64,000 nucleotides of DNA from Rhodospirillaceae bacterium (GCA_038140435.1 JAYQGE010000002.1:9218-73217); one strand, 5' to 3'; positions 38,593-51,804 are shown, numbered from the stretch's first letter. Notes: generated from the letters alone by a model not told the origin. Translations and numbers: made by a program.

Positions 38593-39519
38593 TCAGGCGA
38601 TCAGCCGACCGGCGATCGCGGCCGCGAACAGGATCAGCCCGAAGTCCCGGTTGGACTTGAACTTCGCCAGGCAGTTCTTCGCATCGTCGAAATCGATCGT
38701 CAGGGTCTGCCAGGTGAGATGCGCCGCGGCGATGGCGAGGCCGGCCCAGAAGGGCCAGGCGAGCGCCGCCATCCAGCCCGTCACGGCGAGCAGCGCGACG
38801 GTCACGGCGTAGAAGCCGGCGATCCAGGGCCGCGACGTCGCGCCGAGAAGGCGCGCCGTGGACTTGATGCCGACCAGCGCGTCGTCCTCCTTGTCCTGGT
38901 GGGCGTAGATCGTGTCGTAGCCGAGCGTCCAGAAGAAGCCGGCGGCGTAGAGCACGAGGGCGGCCGGCTCGAGCTCGCCGCGCACCACGGCCCAGCCAAG
39001 CAGCGCCCCCCAGTTGAACGTCAGGCCGAGCCAGGCCTGGGGCCACCAGGTGATCCGCTTCATGAGCGGGTAGGGCACCACGAGCAGGAGGCTCAGCGCG
39101 CCGACGGCGATGGCGAACCCGTTGAACTGCACGAGTATCGCGAGGCTGACGGCGAGGAGGGCCGCCAGAAAGACCAATGCCGCGCGCAGGGAAATGGCGC
39201 CGCTGGCGAGCGGCCGGTCGGCGGTGCGCGCGACCCGGGCGTCGAAGTCCCGGTCGAAGAAGTCGTTGATGACGCAGCCCGCGCCGCGCATCAGGATCGC
39301 GCCAATTCCGAACAGCGCCACCCATAGAATGCTGGGCCAGGCCCCGTCGGGCATTGGGATCGCGAGCGCCCACCAGCCCGGCAGCAACAGGAGCCAGGTG
39401 CCGATCGGCCGGTCGAGGCGCATCAGCCGGGCGTAGGGGCGCGTGACCGGCGGGGCGAAGCGGTCGAGCCAGTTGCCGCGGGGGATGTCGCTGGCGCTAT
39501 GATGGGGGGCGTCTTGCAT
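38593..39519 (-). CDS. ubiA: 4-hydroxybenzoate polyprenyltransferase.
   Basis: It has UbiA prenyltransferase motifs (NDFFDRDFDARVARTADRPLASG) and a multi-TM topology. Confidence 0.9.
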   Translation of the reverse strand: MQDAPHHSASDIPRGNWLDRFAPPVTRPYARLMRLDRPIGTWLLLLPGWWALAIPMPDGAWPSILWVALFGIGAILMRGAGCVINDFFDRDFDARVARTADRPLASGAISLRAALVFLAALLAVSLAILVQFNGFAIAVGALSLLLVVPYPLMKRITWWPQAWLGLTFNWGALLGWAVVRGELEPAALVLYAAGFFWTLGYDTIYAHQDKEDDALVGIKSTARLLGATSRPWIAGFYAVTVALLAVTGWMAALAWPFWAGLAIAAAHLTWQTLTIDFDDAKNCLAKFKSNRDFGLILFAAAIAGRLIA

Positions 39520-39542
39520 GGCGCATTGTTAGCCCAGACGGG

Positions 39543-40346
39543 GTGCGCCCCCAATCCCGGATTTGGCCGATGGCGGAAACAGGACCCAGCTTCACGCGTA
39601 TCCGGCTCTTCGTCGAGGACGGGCTCGCCGCGGACGCCGAGATCGCGCTCGGACGCGACCAGAGCCACTATCTGCAGACGGTCATGCGCCGGAGCGCGGG
39701 CGATCGGGTCGCGCTCTTCAACGGCCGGGACGGGGAATTCTGGGCGGAGATCGCCGAGGCGCGGCGCGGCGCGGTGCGGCTCACGGTCGCGGAGCGTTTC
39801 CGCGACCAGGCGGCGGAGCCCGACCTCTGGCTCGTCTTCGCGCCGATCAAGCGCGCGGCGGTTGATTTCATGACGACGAAGGCGACCGAGCTGGGGGTCG
39901 CGCGGATCCTGCCGGTGATCACGGCGCGCACCAATTCCGATCGGGTCAACACGCGCCGCCTGCGGGCGGGCGCGGTCGAGGCGGCCGAACAGTCGGAGCG
40001 GTTGAGCGTGCCGACCGTTGACGAACCTGTGAACCTCACCCGGCTTCTGGCCGACTGGCCTGCCGAGCGGCGCCTGCTGGTGGGCGACGAAACCGGCGCC
40101 GGACGGCCGATCACGGAGGTGGCGGCTGCGCTCGCAGGCGGCGGTCAGGTTGTGCCGCCAATGGCGGTTATGACCGGACCGGAGGGTGGATTTGTGCCGC
40201 AGGAGCTTGACCAATTGCACGATCTACCCTTTGTTACGCCGGTCGGGTTGGGGCCGCGCGTGCTGCGCGCCGACACGGCCGCGCTGGCGGCCCTCGCCGT
40301 CGTTCAAGCCGTTGCCGGGGACTGGCGTTCCGGGCGCGCCGGATAA
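39543..40346 (+). CDS. rsmE: 16S rRNA (uracil1498-N3)-methyltransferase RsmE.
   Basis: It has a PUA-like N-terminus and a SPOUT domain (VMTGPEGGF). The start is uncertain, with an alternative at 39570. Confidence 0.8.
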   Translation: MRPQSRIWPMAETGPSFTRIRLFVEDGLAADAEIALGRDQSHYLQTVMRRSAGDRVALFNGRDGEFWAEIAEARRGAVRLTVAERFRDQAAEPDLWLVFAPIKRAAVDFMTTKATELGVARILPVITARTNSDRVNTRRLRAGAVEAAEQSERLSVPTVDEPVNLTRLLADWPAERRLLVGDETGAGRPITEVAAALAGGGQVVPPMAVMTGPEGGFVPQELDQLHDLPFVTPVGLGPRVLRADTAALAALAVVQAVAGDWRSGRAG

Positions 40347-40370
40347 CCGGGACAAGTCGGGACATTCTCT

Positions 40371-41738
40371 ATGGCAGCACCGTCTTCAGGGGGCGGCCCC
40401 GTCATCGAATCCAAGGAACAGCTCATCGCGTGGTTCGCCGAGGGCGAGAAGCCGCGCGAGGCCTGGCGCATCGGCACGGAGCACGAGAAGTTCGCCTTCC
40501 GGCAGGCCGATCACGCGCCGCTCTCCTACGATGGCACCCCCGGGATCCGCGACCTGCTCGAGGGGCTCCAGCGGTTCGGATGGGAACCCGTCTATGAGGG
40601 CGAAAACGTCATCGCGCTGACAGGCGAAAGCGGCGCCAACATCTCGCTCGAACCCGGCGGACAGTTCGAGCTCTCGGGCGCGCCGCTCGAGACCCTGCAC
40701 CAGACCTGCGACGAGGTGCACGAACATCTCAAGCAGCTGCGCGAGGTCAACCGCGAGCTGGGCGTCGCCATGCTCGGCATCGGCTTCCACCCGTTCCTCA
40801 AGCGCGAGGACGCACACTGGATGCCCAAGGGCCGCTACAAGGTCATGCGTGAGTACATGCCCAAGGTGGGCACGATGGGGCTCGACATGATGCTCCGCAC
40901 CTGCACCGTCCAGGTGAACCTCGACTTCGATAGCGAGCGCGACATGGCGCGCAAGATGCGGATCGGCATGGCGCTGCAGCCGGTCGCCACGGCGCTGTTC
41001 GCGAACTCGCCGTTCCGTGAGGGCAAGCGCACCGACTATCTGAGCCTGCGCAGCCATGTCTGGACCGACACCGACAATGACCGTTCGGGCATCCTGCCCT
41101 TCGTCTTCGACCACGATTTCGGCTACGAGCAGTATGTCGATTACGTCCTCGATACGCCGATGTACTTCGTCTATCGCGACGGCACCTATATTGACGCCTC
41201 GGGGCAGTCCTTCCGCGATTTCATGGACGGCAATCTGCCCGCCCTGCCGGGCGAGCGCGCCACCATGGGCGACTGGACCGATCACACGACGACCCTGTTT
41301 CCCGAGGTGCGCCTCAAGCGCTTCATCGAGATGCGCGGCGCAGACGGCGGTCCCTGGCGGCGCGTGTGCGCACTCCCGGCCTTCTGGGTCGGCCTCCTTT
41401 ATGACGGCGCGGCGCTCGATGCGGCGCACGACATGATCGCCGACTGGACGGCCGACGAGGTCATCGACCTGCGCAACAACGTGCCGGAGCAGGGTCTCGC
41501 CACGCCGTTCCGCAACCGCAGCCTTCTCGACCTCGCGCGCGAGGCGCTGGAGATCTCGCGGATGGGCCTGCGCAACCGCGCGAGGGTCGATTTCTGGGGC
41601 CAGGACGAGACGCATTTCCTTGCCACCCTCGAACAGATCGTGGACAGCGGGCTGACACCCGCCGAGAACAAGCTCGCGGCGTTCGAGGGCCGCTGGGATC
41701 ACGATGTGAACCGGGCATTCGAGGAGTACGCCTGGTAG
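40371..41738 (+). CDS. gshA: Glutamate--cysteine ligase, plant/alphaproteobacterial type (GCS2).
   Basis: The 455-aa ORF shows typical GCS2 conservation ([10 protein letters not shown]…, HPF…[10 protein letters not shown]). Confidence 0.85.
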   Translation: MAAPSSGGGPVIESKEQLIAWFAEGEKPREAWRIGTEHEKFAFRQADHAPLSYDGTPGIRDLLEGLQRFGWEPVYEGENVIALTGESGANISLEPGGQFELSGAPLETLHQTCDEVHEHLKQLREVNRELGVAMLGIGFHPFLKREDAHWMPKGRYKVMREYMPKVGTMGLDMMLRTCTVQVNLDFDSERDMARKMRIGMALQPVATALFANSPFREGKRTDYLSLRSHVWTDTDNDRSGILPFVFDHDFGYEQYVDYVLDTPMYFVYRDGTYIDASGQSFRDFMDGNLPALPGERATMGDWTDHTTTLFPEVRLKRFIEMRGADGGPWRRVCALPAFWVGLLYDGAALDAAHDMIADWTADEVIDLRNNVPEQGLATPFRNRSLLDLAREALEISRMGLRNRARVDFWGQDETHFLATLEQIVDSGLTPAENKLAAFEGRWDHDVNRAFEEYAW

Positions 41739-41772
41739 GCGTCAAAACTTCGCAAACAAAGGGGGAAGGTTC

Positions 41773-42015
41773 ATGCACGGCGGAGAAGCATTTACGGCGT
41801 TCCTGCCGCTGATGTTGTTCGCGATTCCGTTTGCGATCGGCAACTATTTCGTCGCGGGGCGCATGGGGCGCAACAAGGCAGTCTGGGTCGTGCTGACCCT
41901 GATCCCGTTCGTGAACTTTATCTTCATGTACTACGTGATCTACGCCGTGGTCCTGTACATGCTCGACCGGCTGAACGGGATTGCCGGCGGACCGCGGAAC
42001 GCAGACGCCGCCTAA
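41773..42015 (+). CDS. Small hypothetical membrane protein of 80 aa with two predicted TM helices.
   Basis: The hydrophobic segments are FLPLMLFAIPFAIGNYFVAG and VWVVLTLIPFVNFIFMYYVIYAVVLYM. There is a ribosome-binding site (AAAGGGGGAAGG). I recognise no family. Confidence 0.45.
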   Translation: MHGGEAFTAFLPLMLFAIPFAIGNYFVAGRMGRNKAVWVVLTLIPFVNFIFMYYVIYAVVLYMLDRLNGIAGGPRNADAA

Positions 42016-43577
42016 CCGGCGCGCCGGAACGGGGTCCACAGAGCCAGCGCCAGGACCACTGCGCACAGGCCGACGATGGCAAACACAAAAAAGGTGTCCT
42101 GGAAGGCCAGCGCGGTCGCCTGCGCGGCAACCATCCGGCCGAGATAAAGGGTGCTGAGCGCAGCTTCGGTCATCTCGGACAGTCCCGCCGGCGCGAGCAT
42201 GCCCTGCACCGTGGCGAGAAGGCCCTGGGTGGCGGCGTTGGCCTCCGTCTGGGTGGTCGCGAGCAGCTCGCTGTAGATCGCCGTCCGTCGCTCGATGAAG
42301 ATCGCCAGCAGGTTGATCCCGAACGCGCCGCCCATCTGGCGGGTAAAATTAAGCATCCCGTTGGCCGTGCCCATCTGTGCGGGCGGCGCGGCCTGGAGCC
42401 CCGCTGCGGTGACCGGCGGGAACAGCATGCCCTGGCCGATGCGGCCGAGGCCGATCAGGGCCGCGAAGGTGATGAAGGCGGTGTTGGGATCGGCGAAGCC
42501 CATCAGCCAGGTCGAGATTGCGAACAGAAGAAAACCCACGGCGATCGGGATGTAGGGCGGGATCAGGTCGGAGGCCCGGCCGGCCAAAGGCAGCATGAAC
42601 CCCATGAGGAGGCCGCCGGGTACGAGCACGAGGCCGGCGCGCAGGGGCGTATAGTTCTGCACCAGCTGGACGAAGACCGGCTGCAGATAGAAGGACCCGA
42701 ACAGCATTGCGCCGAACAGGAATGAGATGATGTTGGCGATCAGGAAACGCGGGCGGGCAAGCAGCCGGACGTTGAAGATCGGATCCTCGGCGTACAGTTC
42801 CCATACGATGAAAAGGATCGCCGCGCCGAGCCCGGTGCCGAGCAACGTCAGGACGGCGTTGGAGTTCCAGCCCTTCAGCTGTCCGTTCGACAGGCCCGTC
42901 AGGGTCGCGGTCAGGAACACCGCGACCAGCAGGAACCCGAACCAGTCAAGGCGCGTGCGCACCGTGCTGCGCTCGCGGCCGGGCAGGACGACGGAGGCGA
43001 GCATCATCGAGCAGAAGGCGATCGGGAGCGCCACATAGAAAGTGAAACGCCAGTTGAACAAATCGATGGCGATGCCGCCGAACCAGGGACCGAGGCCCGG
43101 CCCCAGCACGAAACTGATTCCGAAGAGCCCGGCGACCATGGCGCGGCGGTTGGGCGGAAAAACCGCGAACATCGCCATCATGGTGAGTGGCAGGATGATG
43201 CCGGCGGCGAGTCCCTGGATGGCGCGCGCAAGTGCGACGACCAGGTAGGTCTGGGCGGTCCCGCCTGCGAACGACCCGGCGCAGAACAGGAGCATCATCG
43301 CGACGAAGACATGGCGCGCGCCGAAGGTGCGCGTGAGCCAGTCGCTCGGCAGCATGCCCGCCGTCATGGCGGCGAAGAAGGCGGTCGCCATCCATTGCGC
43401 CTGGTCCTGCCCCACCCCAAACGCGCCCATGATGTCGGGGACGGCGACGTTGGTGATGGTGCCCGACAGGGCGAGCGCGAGGGAGGAGGACAGGCAGGTG
43501 GTCACGACGAGCCAGCGGTGGGCGAAACTCACCGCTGGCGACGACGCACCGGTCGCGGGCATCGTGGCGTCGGTCAC
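42012..43577 (-). CDS. emrB: MFS drug:H+ antiporter, DHA2 family (EmrB/QacA-like, 14 TM segments).
   Basis: The 521-aa ORF has MFS motifs, 14 predicted TM segments and the conserved motif GGIAIDLFNWRF. It overlaps the HlyD gene by 4 bp. Confidence 0.85.
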   Translation of the reverse strand: MTDATMPATGASSPAVSFAHRWLVVTTCLSSSLALALSGTITNVAVPDIMGAFGVGQDQAQWMATAFFAAMTAGMLPSDWLTRTFGARHVFVAMMLLFCAGSFAGGTAQTYLVVALARAIQGLAAGIILPLTMMAMFAVFPPNRRAMVAGLFGISFVLGPGLGPWFGGIAIDLFNWRFTFYVALPIAFCSMMLASVVLPGRERSTVRTRLDWFGFLLVAVFLTATLTGLSNGQLKGWNSNAVLTLLGTGLGAAILFIVWELYAEDPIFNVRLLARPRFLIANIISFLFGAMLFGSFYLQPVFVQLVQNYTPLRAGLVLVPGGLLMGFMLPLAGRASDLIPPYIPIAVGFLLFAISTWLMGFADPNTAFITFAALIGLGRIGQGMLFPPVTAAGLQAAPPAQMGTANGMLNFTRQMGGAFGINLLAIFIERRTAIYSELLATTQTEANAATQGLLATVQGMLAPAGLSEMTEAALSTLYLGRMVAAQATALAFQDTFFVFAIVGLCAVVLALALWTPFRRAG

Positions 43578-44722
43578 CGTCCCGGGATCGCGATGTTCAC
43601 CACGGCCATCATGCCCGGGCGCAGCACACCCTGGGTCTCCTCGACGGCGATGCGGACGGGCAGGCGCTGGGTCACCTTGGTGAAGTTGCCGCTCGGGTTC
43701 GGGTTGGGCAGCAGCGCGAACTCGCTGGTCGCCGCCTGGCCGATGCGTGCGACGGTGCCGGTGAAGGTCCGGTCCGGAAAGGCATCGATGCTGATGTCGA
43801 CCGGCATGCCGGGGGCGAGGTGCCGGATGTCCGTTTCCTTGATGTTGGCCTCGACCCAGACGAGGTCCGGGTTGTGGACGAGCATCAGCCGCTGGCCCGG
43901 CCCGACGAATTCGCCGCGGTCCACGAAGGTCTCGGACACGATGCCGTCGATGGGGCTCCGGATTGTCCGGTCGGCGGCATCGAGTGCCTGCTGTTCGCGC
44001 TGGGCCGCGATCTCCGCCTCGGCATGCAGCAGCGCGTCCATGCGGCTGGCCAGCACGTTCATCTCACCCCGCTCGGCCTCCGCCTCGCCTACATCGGCCA
44101 GCGCGGCTGCCAGGTCGGCTTGCGCCTTCTCATGGCGTTCCTGCGCCCGGCTGAGATCGGTGCGCACCTGGTCGAGTCGCTGGCGCGACACGATCTGTTC
44201 GGCCAGCAAGGTTCGGGTTCGCTCGAAATCGGTGCGGGCCAGCTCGAACTGCTCGCGGCTGGCCTCGACCGCCACGCGGGCAGCGTCGGCCCGCGAGCGC
44301 ACGGCCTCGACCCGGCTTGCGGTCGTGCGGTCGATCAGGTCGATCTCGGATGTGATCTGCTGGCGCTCCGCCGCGAGGGCCGCAATGCGTGCGCCATACT
44401 CGGTGAGCTTCAGGCGCGATTCCCGTGAATCGATTTCCACGAGCAGGTCGCCCTTCCGTACGATGTCGCCGTCGACGATGGGAAGGTCGACGACCCATCC
44501 GGACACGCGGCTCGATACCGCGATGGTGTCGGCCTTCACGCGGGCATCGGTCTCGCTGACATGCGCCCACTGCCAATAGCCCCATCGGCCGGTGAATCCG
44601 ATCGCGAGTGCTGCAATGACCAGGATGAAAAGAATCCGTACGTTCACGCGTCGCCGCGTGCGGGCGGGCGTTTCTGCATTCATGTCGGTGGTCGGCGTTT
44701 GCGGGCGTCCGTCGTCGGGCAT
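43574..44722 (-). CDS. emrA: HlyD-family membrane fusion protein (EmrA-like).
   Basis: It has an N-terminal TM anchor, a long coiled-coil and a C-terminal beta-barrel. It is 382 aa. Confidence 0.85.
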   Translation of the reverse strand: MPDDGRPQTPTTDMNAETPARTRRRVNVRILFILVIAALAIGFTGRWGYWQWAHVSETDARVKADTIAVSSRVSGWVVDLPIVDGDIVRKGDLLVEIDSRESRLKLTEYGARIAALAAERQQITSEIDLIDRTTASRVEAVRSRADAARVAVEASREQFELARTDFERTRTLLAEQIVSRQRLDQVRTDLSRAQERHEKAQADLAAALADVGEAEAERGEMNVLASRMDALLHAEAEIAAQREQQALDAADRTIRSPIDGIVSETFVDRGEFVGPGQRLMLVHNPDLVWVEANIKETDIRHLAPGMPVDISIDAFPDRTFTGTVARIGQAATSEFALLPNPNPSGNFTKVTQRLPVRIAVEETQGVLRPGMMAVVNIAIPGR

Positions 44723-44802
44723 GCCATATCCGTCTGGAGTGTGGTCCGCGCATCGGACGCGGCACGGCTATTGTGTATCGGTTCGGTGGGTCTGACAAAC
44801 GA

Positions 44803-44821
44803 CCATGCGTTGAACGCATGG
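44803..44821. promoter_or_regulatory. Perfect 19-bp palindrome CCATGCGTT-G-AACGCATGG about 80 bp upstream of the emrA start. It is immediately followed by a second inverted repeat (GGCGTG-CTGTCA-CACGCC). This is a candidate operator.
   Basis: Read directly from the sequence. No regulator gene is adjacent. Confidence 0.3.
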
Positions 44822-44874
44822 CTGGCGTGCTGTCACACGCCGGTCCTCATTTCAGGATTGTCGTGGCGAATTGC

Positions 44875-46308
<1,434 letters not shown>

Positions 46309-46641
46309 GGGGCGATCTTTGCTCGAATTCGGGGTAGGATGAGGCCTCCAGAATATGGGACTTCGGCGGGGATTGTCAGCCTTGGCGGGGCAATGTGGAC
46401 ACTGTGGGAAAGGATTGAACGCGCACGACATTCGCCGCGGGTGTGCGCAATCCCTGAAAACGCAGCGCGATCAGGTGTTTGAGCCGCTGCGACAAGGTGT
46501 CTCAAGATTCCGAATCGCGCGGGCTGCGACTTGTTGGGGGCGGTGTGCTGGTATATTTTCCCGCACGACCAGTGGGGTTTTAGGGGGTACTCCGCGACGC
46601 GAGTTGATTCGCGCTGGCGGCGCCCCGACGGAAGCGAGCGG

Positions 46642-47535
46642 ATGACGACAATCTATTCTTATGTGAAACGCGCCGCCGGCCTGGCCGGCTCGTTCGGAAT
46701 TGCGGGCATGTTTTTCGCGCTGATGGCGTCGCCCGCGGCGGCCCAGCAGCCGACGCCCTGGCAGCTTGGCTTCCAGGAGGCGCACTCGCCTATCATGGAG
46801 CAGATGGACAGTTTCCATGATTTCCTGCTCTGGGTGATCTTCGCGATCTCCGTCTTCGTGCTGGTGCTGCTGCTCTACACGATCGTCCGGTTCCGCGAGA
46901 AGGCGAACCCCAATCCGACCAAGACGACCCACAACACGCTGATCGAGATTTTGTGGACGGTGATCCCCGTGGTCATCCTGTTCGTGATCGGTTTCTTCTC
47001 CCTGCCTCTGCTCTATGCGACAGACGATGTGAGCGACGCGGACGTGACCGTGAAGGTCATCGGGCGCCAGTGGTACTGGAGCTACGAATATCCCGACCAT
47101 GGCGACTTCACCTTCGACGCGTTCATGGTCCCCGAGAACGAGCTCAAGGCCGGGCAGCCGCGCCTGCTGGCGACGGACGAGAATCTGGTCCTGCCGGTCG
47201 GCAAGAAGATCCGGGTGCTGGTCACCTCGTCTGACGTTCTGCACGCCTTCGCGATGCCGGCGTTTGGCTCGAAGGTCGACGCGGTCCCGGGCCGCACCAA
47301 CGAGACATGGTTCCAGATCGATGAGCCGGGCGTGTATTACGGCCAGTGCTCGGAGCTCTGCGGCGCCGGTCATGCCTTCATGCCGCTGGCCATTCAGGCG
47401 GTGCCGGAGGCCGAATTCAACGCCTGGGTCACCAAGGCGCAGGCGCGGTTCGGTGAGTCCGACGACGAACTGACACCGCGGCCGATCCGAATCACACGCA
47501 ACGAAGCGGGCGATACGCCTGTGACCGCACAGTAG
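46642..47535 (+). CDS. ctaC: Cytochrome c oxidase subunit II.
   Basis: It has a signal peptide plus two TM segments, an aromatic motif (WYWSYEY) and the CuA site (HAFAMPAFGSKVDAVPG…CSELCGAGH). Confidence 0.9.
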   Translation: MTTIYSYVKRAAGLAGSFGIAGMFFALMASPAAAQQPTPWQLGFQEAHSPIMEQMDSFHDFLLWVIFAISVFVLVLLLYTIVRFREKANPNPTKTTHNTLIEILWTVIPVVILFVIGFFSLPLLYATDDVSDADVTVKVIGRQWYWSYEYPDHGDFTFDAFMVPENELKAGQPRLLATDENLVLPVGKKIRVLVTSSDVLHAFAMPAFGSKVDAVPGRTNETWFQIDEPGVYYGQCSELCGAGHAFMPLAIQAVPEAEFNAWVTKAQARFGESDDELTPRPIRITRNEAGDTPVTAQ

Positions 47536-49185
<1,650 letters not shown>

Positions 49186-49218
49186 CCGGCGTCGCTGGAC
49201 CGAACCAGAGCACGCGAA

Positions 49219-50151
49219 GTGGCTGATGCCGCATATCTGAGCCAGACCGGCGAGACCGCGCTGTCCTCGGCGCCGTCGTCGCGCGTCTCGGATTATGTGG
49301 CGCTGCTCAAGCCGCGCGTGATGACGCTTGTGGTCTTCTCCGGCGCGGTCGGCCTTTTCGTCGCGCCGGGCAGCCTGCATCCGCTGCTCGCGGTTGTCGC
49401 GATCCTGTGCATCGCCGTCGGCTCGGGCGCGGCCGGGGCGATCAACATGTGGTACGAGCGTGACATCGATGCGCTGATGTCCCGCACGGCGAACCGGCCC
49501 CTTCCGGCGGGCCGGGTGGCACCCAGCGATGCGCTCGGTTTCGCGACCGTCCTGGCGTTGTTCTCGGTCCTGCTCATGGGACTGGCAACCAACTGGGCCG
49601 CGGCGGGCCTGCTCGCGCTGGCGATCCTGTTCTACGTCTTCGTCTACACCGTCTGGCTCAAGCGGCGCACGCCGCAGAACATCGTGATCGGCGGTGCCGC
49701 CGGCGCGTTCCCGCCGATGATCGGCTGGGCCGCGGTGACCGGCGATGTCAGCCTGGTCTCGCTGAGCCTGTTCGCGATTATCTTCCTTTGGACTCCGCCG
49801 CATTTCTGGGCGCTCGCGCTCTATCGCAGCGGCGACTACGAGCGCGCGGGCGTGCCGATGATGCCCGTGGTTGTCGGTGCGGCATCCACGAAGCGCCAGA
49901 TGCTGGCCTACACCGTCGCGCTGGTGCCGGTGAGCCTCGTCCCGTTTGCGCTGGGTGGTGCCGGTCTTCTCTACGCTGTGGGCGTCGCGGTTCTGGGCGC
50001 GATATTCGTCCTCAGCGCTGTCGGTGTGCTGCGGGAGCCGGCGGAGGCGGGCGATCGGCGCGCGCGCCGGATGTTCGGATTCTCGATCCTGTACCTGTTC
50101 CTGGTGTTCGCGCTTCTTCTCGCGGACTCGCTGCTGGGCCTGGCGGTCTGA
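49219..50151 (+). CDS. ctaB: Protoheme IX farnesyltransferase (haem O synthase).
   Basis: It is a UbiA-superfamily protein ([14 protein letters not shown]…[10 protein letters not shown]) and uses a GTG start. Confidence 0.9.
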   Translation: MADAAYLSQTGETALSSAPSSRVSDYVALLKPRVMTLVVFSGAVGLFVAPGSLHPLLAVVAILCIAVGSGAAGAINMWYERDIDALMSRTANRPLPAGRVAPSDALGFATVLALFSVLLMGLATNWAAAGLLALAILFYVFVYTVWLKRRTPQNIVIGGAAGAFPPMIGWAAVTGDVSLVSLSLFAIIFLWTPPHFWALALYRSGDYERAGVPMMPVVVGAASTKRQMLAYTVALVPVSLVPFALGGAGLLYAVGVAVLGAIFVLSAVGVLREPAEAGDRRARRMFGFSILYLFLVFALLLADSLLGLAV

Positions 50152-50153
50152 TC

Positions 50154-50285
50154 ATGGCGAAGCGGGAATACAGCGAGCGCCATCGCGAGCAGCGCGGCAA
50201 GAACTACGCGATGCTGGCCGTGATCGGTGGCCTGATCGTGATCTTCTATCTCGTGTTTATCGCGCGGGCGGGGCTGCTCGGATGA
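50154..50285 (+). CDS. Small CoxF-like membrane protein (43 aa) between ctaB and ctaG.
   Basis: The sequence is MAKREYSERHREQRGKNYAMLAVIGGLIVIFYLVFIARAGLLG. It has a basic N-terminus and one TM helix. Its position between the haem O synthase and Cox11 genes is conserved. Its stop overlaps the ctaG start (ATGA). Confidence 0.5.
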   Translation: MAKREYSERHREQRGKNYAMLAVIGGLIVIFYLVFIARAGLLG

Positions 50286-50899
50286 ACCGGAACGAGATCA
50301 GGGTCCGTCGTGGCCGCCGTAACCTTTACGTCTTCGCGGGACTGATCGCGATGGTCGTCGCGATGAACGGTTTCGCCTATGCGACCGTGCCCGCCTACCG
50401 GGCCTTCTGCCAGTCGTTCGGCTTCGCGGGCATCCCGATTGTCGAGGCGAGCGCGCCCGAGGCCGACGCAGTCCTGGCAGATCGCACCATCACCGTTCGC
50501 TTCAACAGCGATGTTGAGCCGGCGCTCGACTGGCGGTTCAAGCCGGTGCAGCGCTCCGTCGACCTGCATGTCGGCGAGACGGGGCTTGCCTTCTACGAAG
50601 CGTCCAACCGCGACAACGCACCGGTCACGGGCACCGCGACCTTCAACGTGACGCCGCTCAAGGCCGCGCCCTATTTCGTGAAGATCGACTGCTTCTGCTT
50701 CACCGAGCAGACCCTGTCGCCGGGCGAGACCGCGCAGATGCCCGTGACCTTCTTCGTCGATCCGGCGATTGCCGAAGACCAGAATCTCGACGACGTCACT
50801 GAAATTACCCTGAGTTACACCTTCTTCCGCGACCGCGATGCAGAGGCCGACCGCAAGGCGGCGGCGTTGCGGACGGACGAACCGACCAACGTGAACTGA
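50282..50899 (+). CDS. ctaG: Cytochrome c oxidase assembly protein CtaG/Cox11.
   Basis: It has one TM segment and a Cox11 domain with the Cu-binding CFCF motif (KIDCFCFTEQTL). Confidence 0.85.
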   Translation: MNRNEIRVRRGRRNLYVFAGLIAMVVAMNGFAYATVPAYRAFCQSFGFAGIPIVEASAPEADAVLADRTITVRFNSDVEPALDWRFKPVQRSVDLHVGETGLAFYEASNRDNAPVTGTATFNVTPLKAAPYFVKIDCFCFTEQTLSPGETAQMPVTFFVDPAIAEDQNLDDVTEITLSYTFFRDRDAEADRKAAALRTDEPTNVN

Positions 50900-50949
50900 C
50901 AGCTGTTTCAACCCGGGCAATCACGCCCGGCGAAAAGTGAGAAAAGCAA

Positions 50950-51804
50950 ATGAGCGATCACGCCCACGAGGAATCACACGGCAACCACCCCTATCACATG
51001 GTGGAGCCGAGCCACTGGCCGATCGTCGGGTCGATCGGCGGTCTTTTGATGGCGGCCGGCCTGGTGATCGCGATGCATCCCGAAGCGCTCGGGGCGGGAA
51101 TGCAGCCCTTCTTCGAGACGATCGGCTTCTGGACCGTCGCCCCGGGTGCTGTGCTCGGCATGATGACGATGATGGGCTGGTGGCGCGACGTGATCGACGA
51201 GGCCACCGTCCAGAAGATGCACACCAAGGTCGTGCAGATCAGCCTGCGCTACGGGATGATGCTGTTCATCATCTCCGAGGTGATGTTCTTCGCGGCATGG
51301 TTCTGGGCGTTCTTCGGCGCGGCCCTGTTCCCGACGGAATTCATCGGCTCGGTGTGGCCGCCGGAAGGTGTCGAGGTCTTCGATCCGTTCAGCCTGCCGC
51401 TTCTCAACACGCTGATCCTGCTGACGTCGGGCTTTACGGTCACCTGGGCCCATCATGACATCCGCGAGGGCAACATGTCCCACGCGGCCAGGATGCTGGG
51501 CTGGACAGTGCTGCTGGGCCTGATCTTCACCGCCCTCCAGGTCTTCGAGTATGCCCACGCGCCGTTCGGGTTCCGCGACGGCATCTACTCGTCGACCTTC
51601 TTCATGGCGACCGGCTTCCACGGCTTCCACGTCATTGTCGGCACGGTGTTCCTCGCCGTGTGCTGGTGGCGTTGCGCGAAGGGTCACTTCACGGCCGACC
51701 ATCACTTCGGCTTCGAGGCGGCGGCCTGGTACTGGCATTTCGTCGATGTCGTGTGGCTGTTCCTGTTCTGCTTCGTCTATGTCTGGAGCTCCTTCGGGGC
51801 CTGA
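50950..51804 (+). CDS. ctaE: Cytochrome c oxidase subunit III.
   Basis: The 284-aa ORF has seven TM segments and the HPYHMV N-terminus typical of subunit III. Confidence 0.95.
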   Translation: MSDHAHEESHGNHPYHMVEPSHWPIVGSIGGLLMAAGLVIAMHPEALGAGMQPFFETIGFWTVAPGAVLGMMTMMGWWRDVIDEATVQKMHTKVVQISLRYGMMLFIISEVMFFAAWFWAFFGAALFPTEFIGSVWPPEGVEVFDPFSLPLLNTLILLTSGFTVTWAHHDIREGNMSHAARMLGWTVLLGLIFTALQVFEYAHAPFGFRDGIYSSTFFMATGFHGFHVIVGTVFLAVCWWRCAKGHFTADHHFGFEAAAWYWHFVDVVWLFLFCFVYVWSSFGA

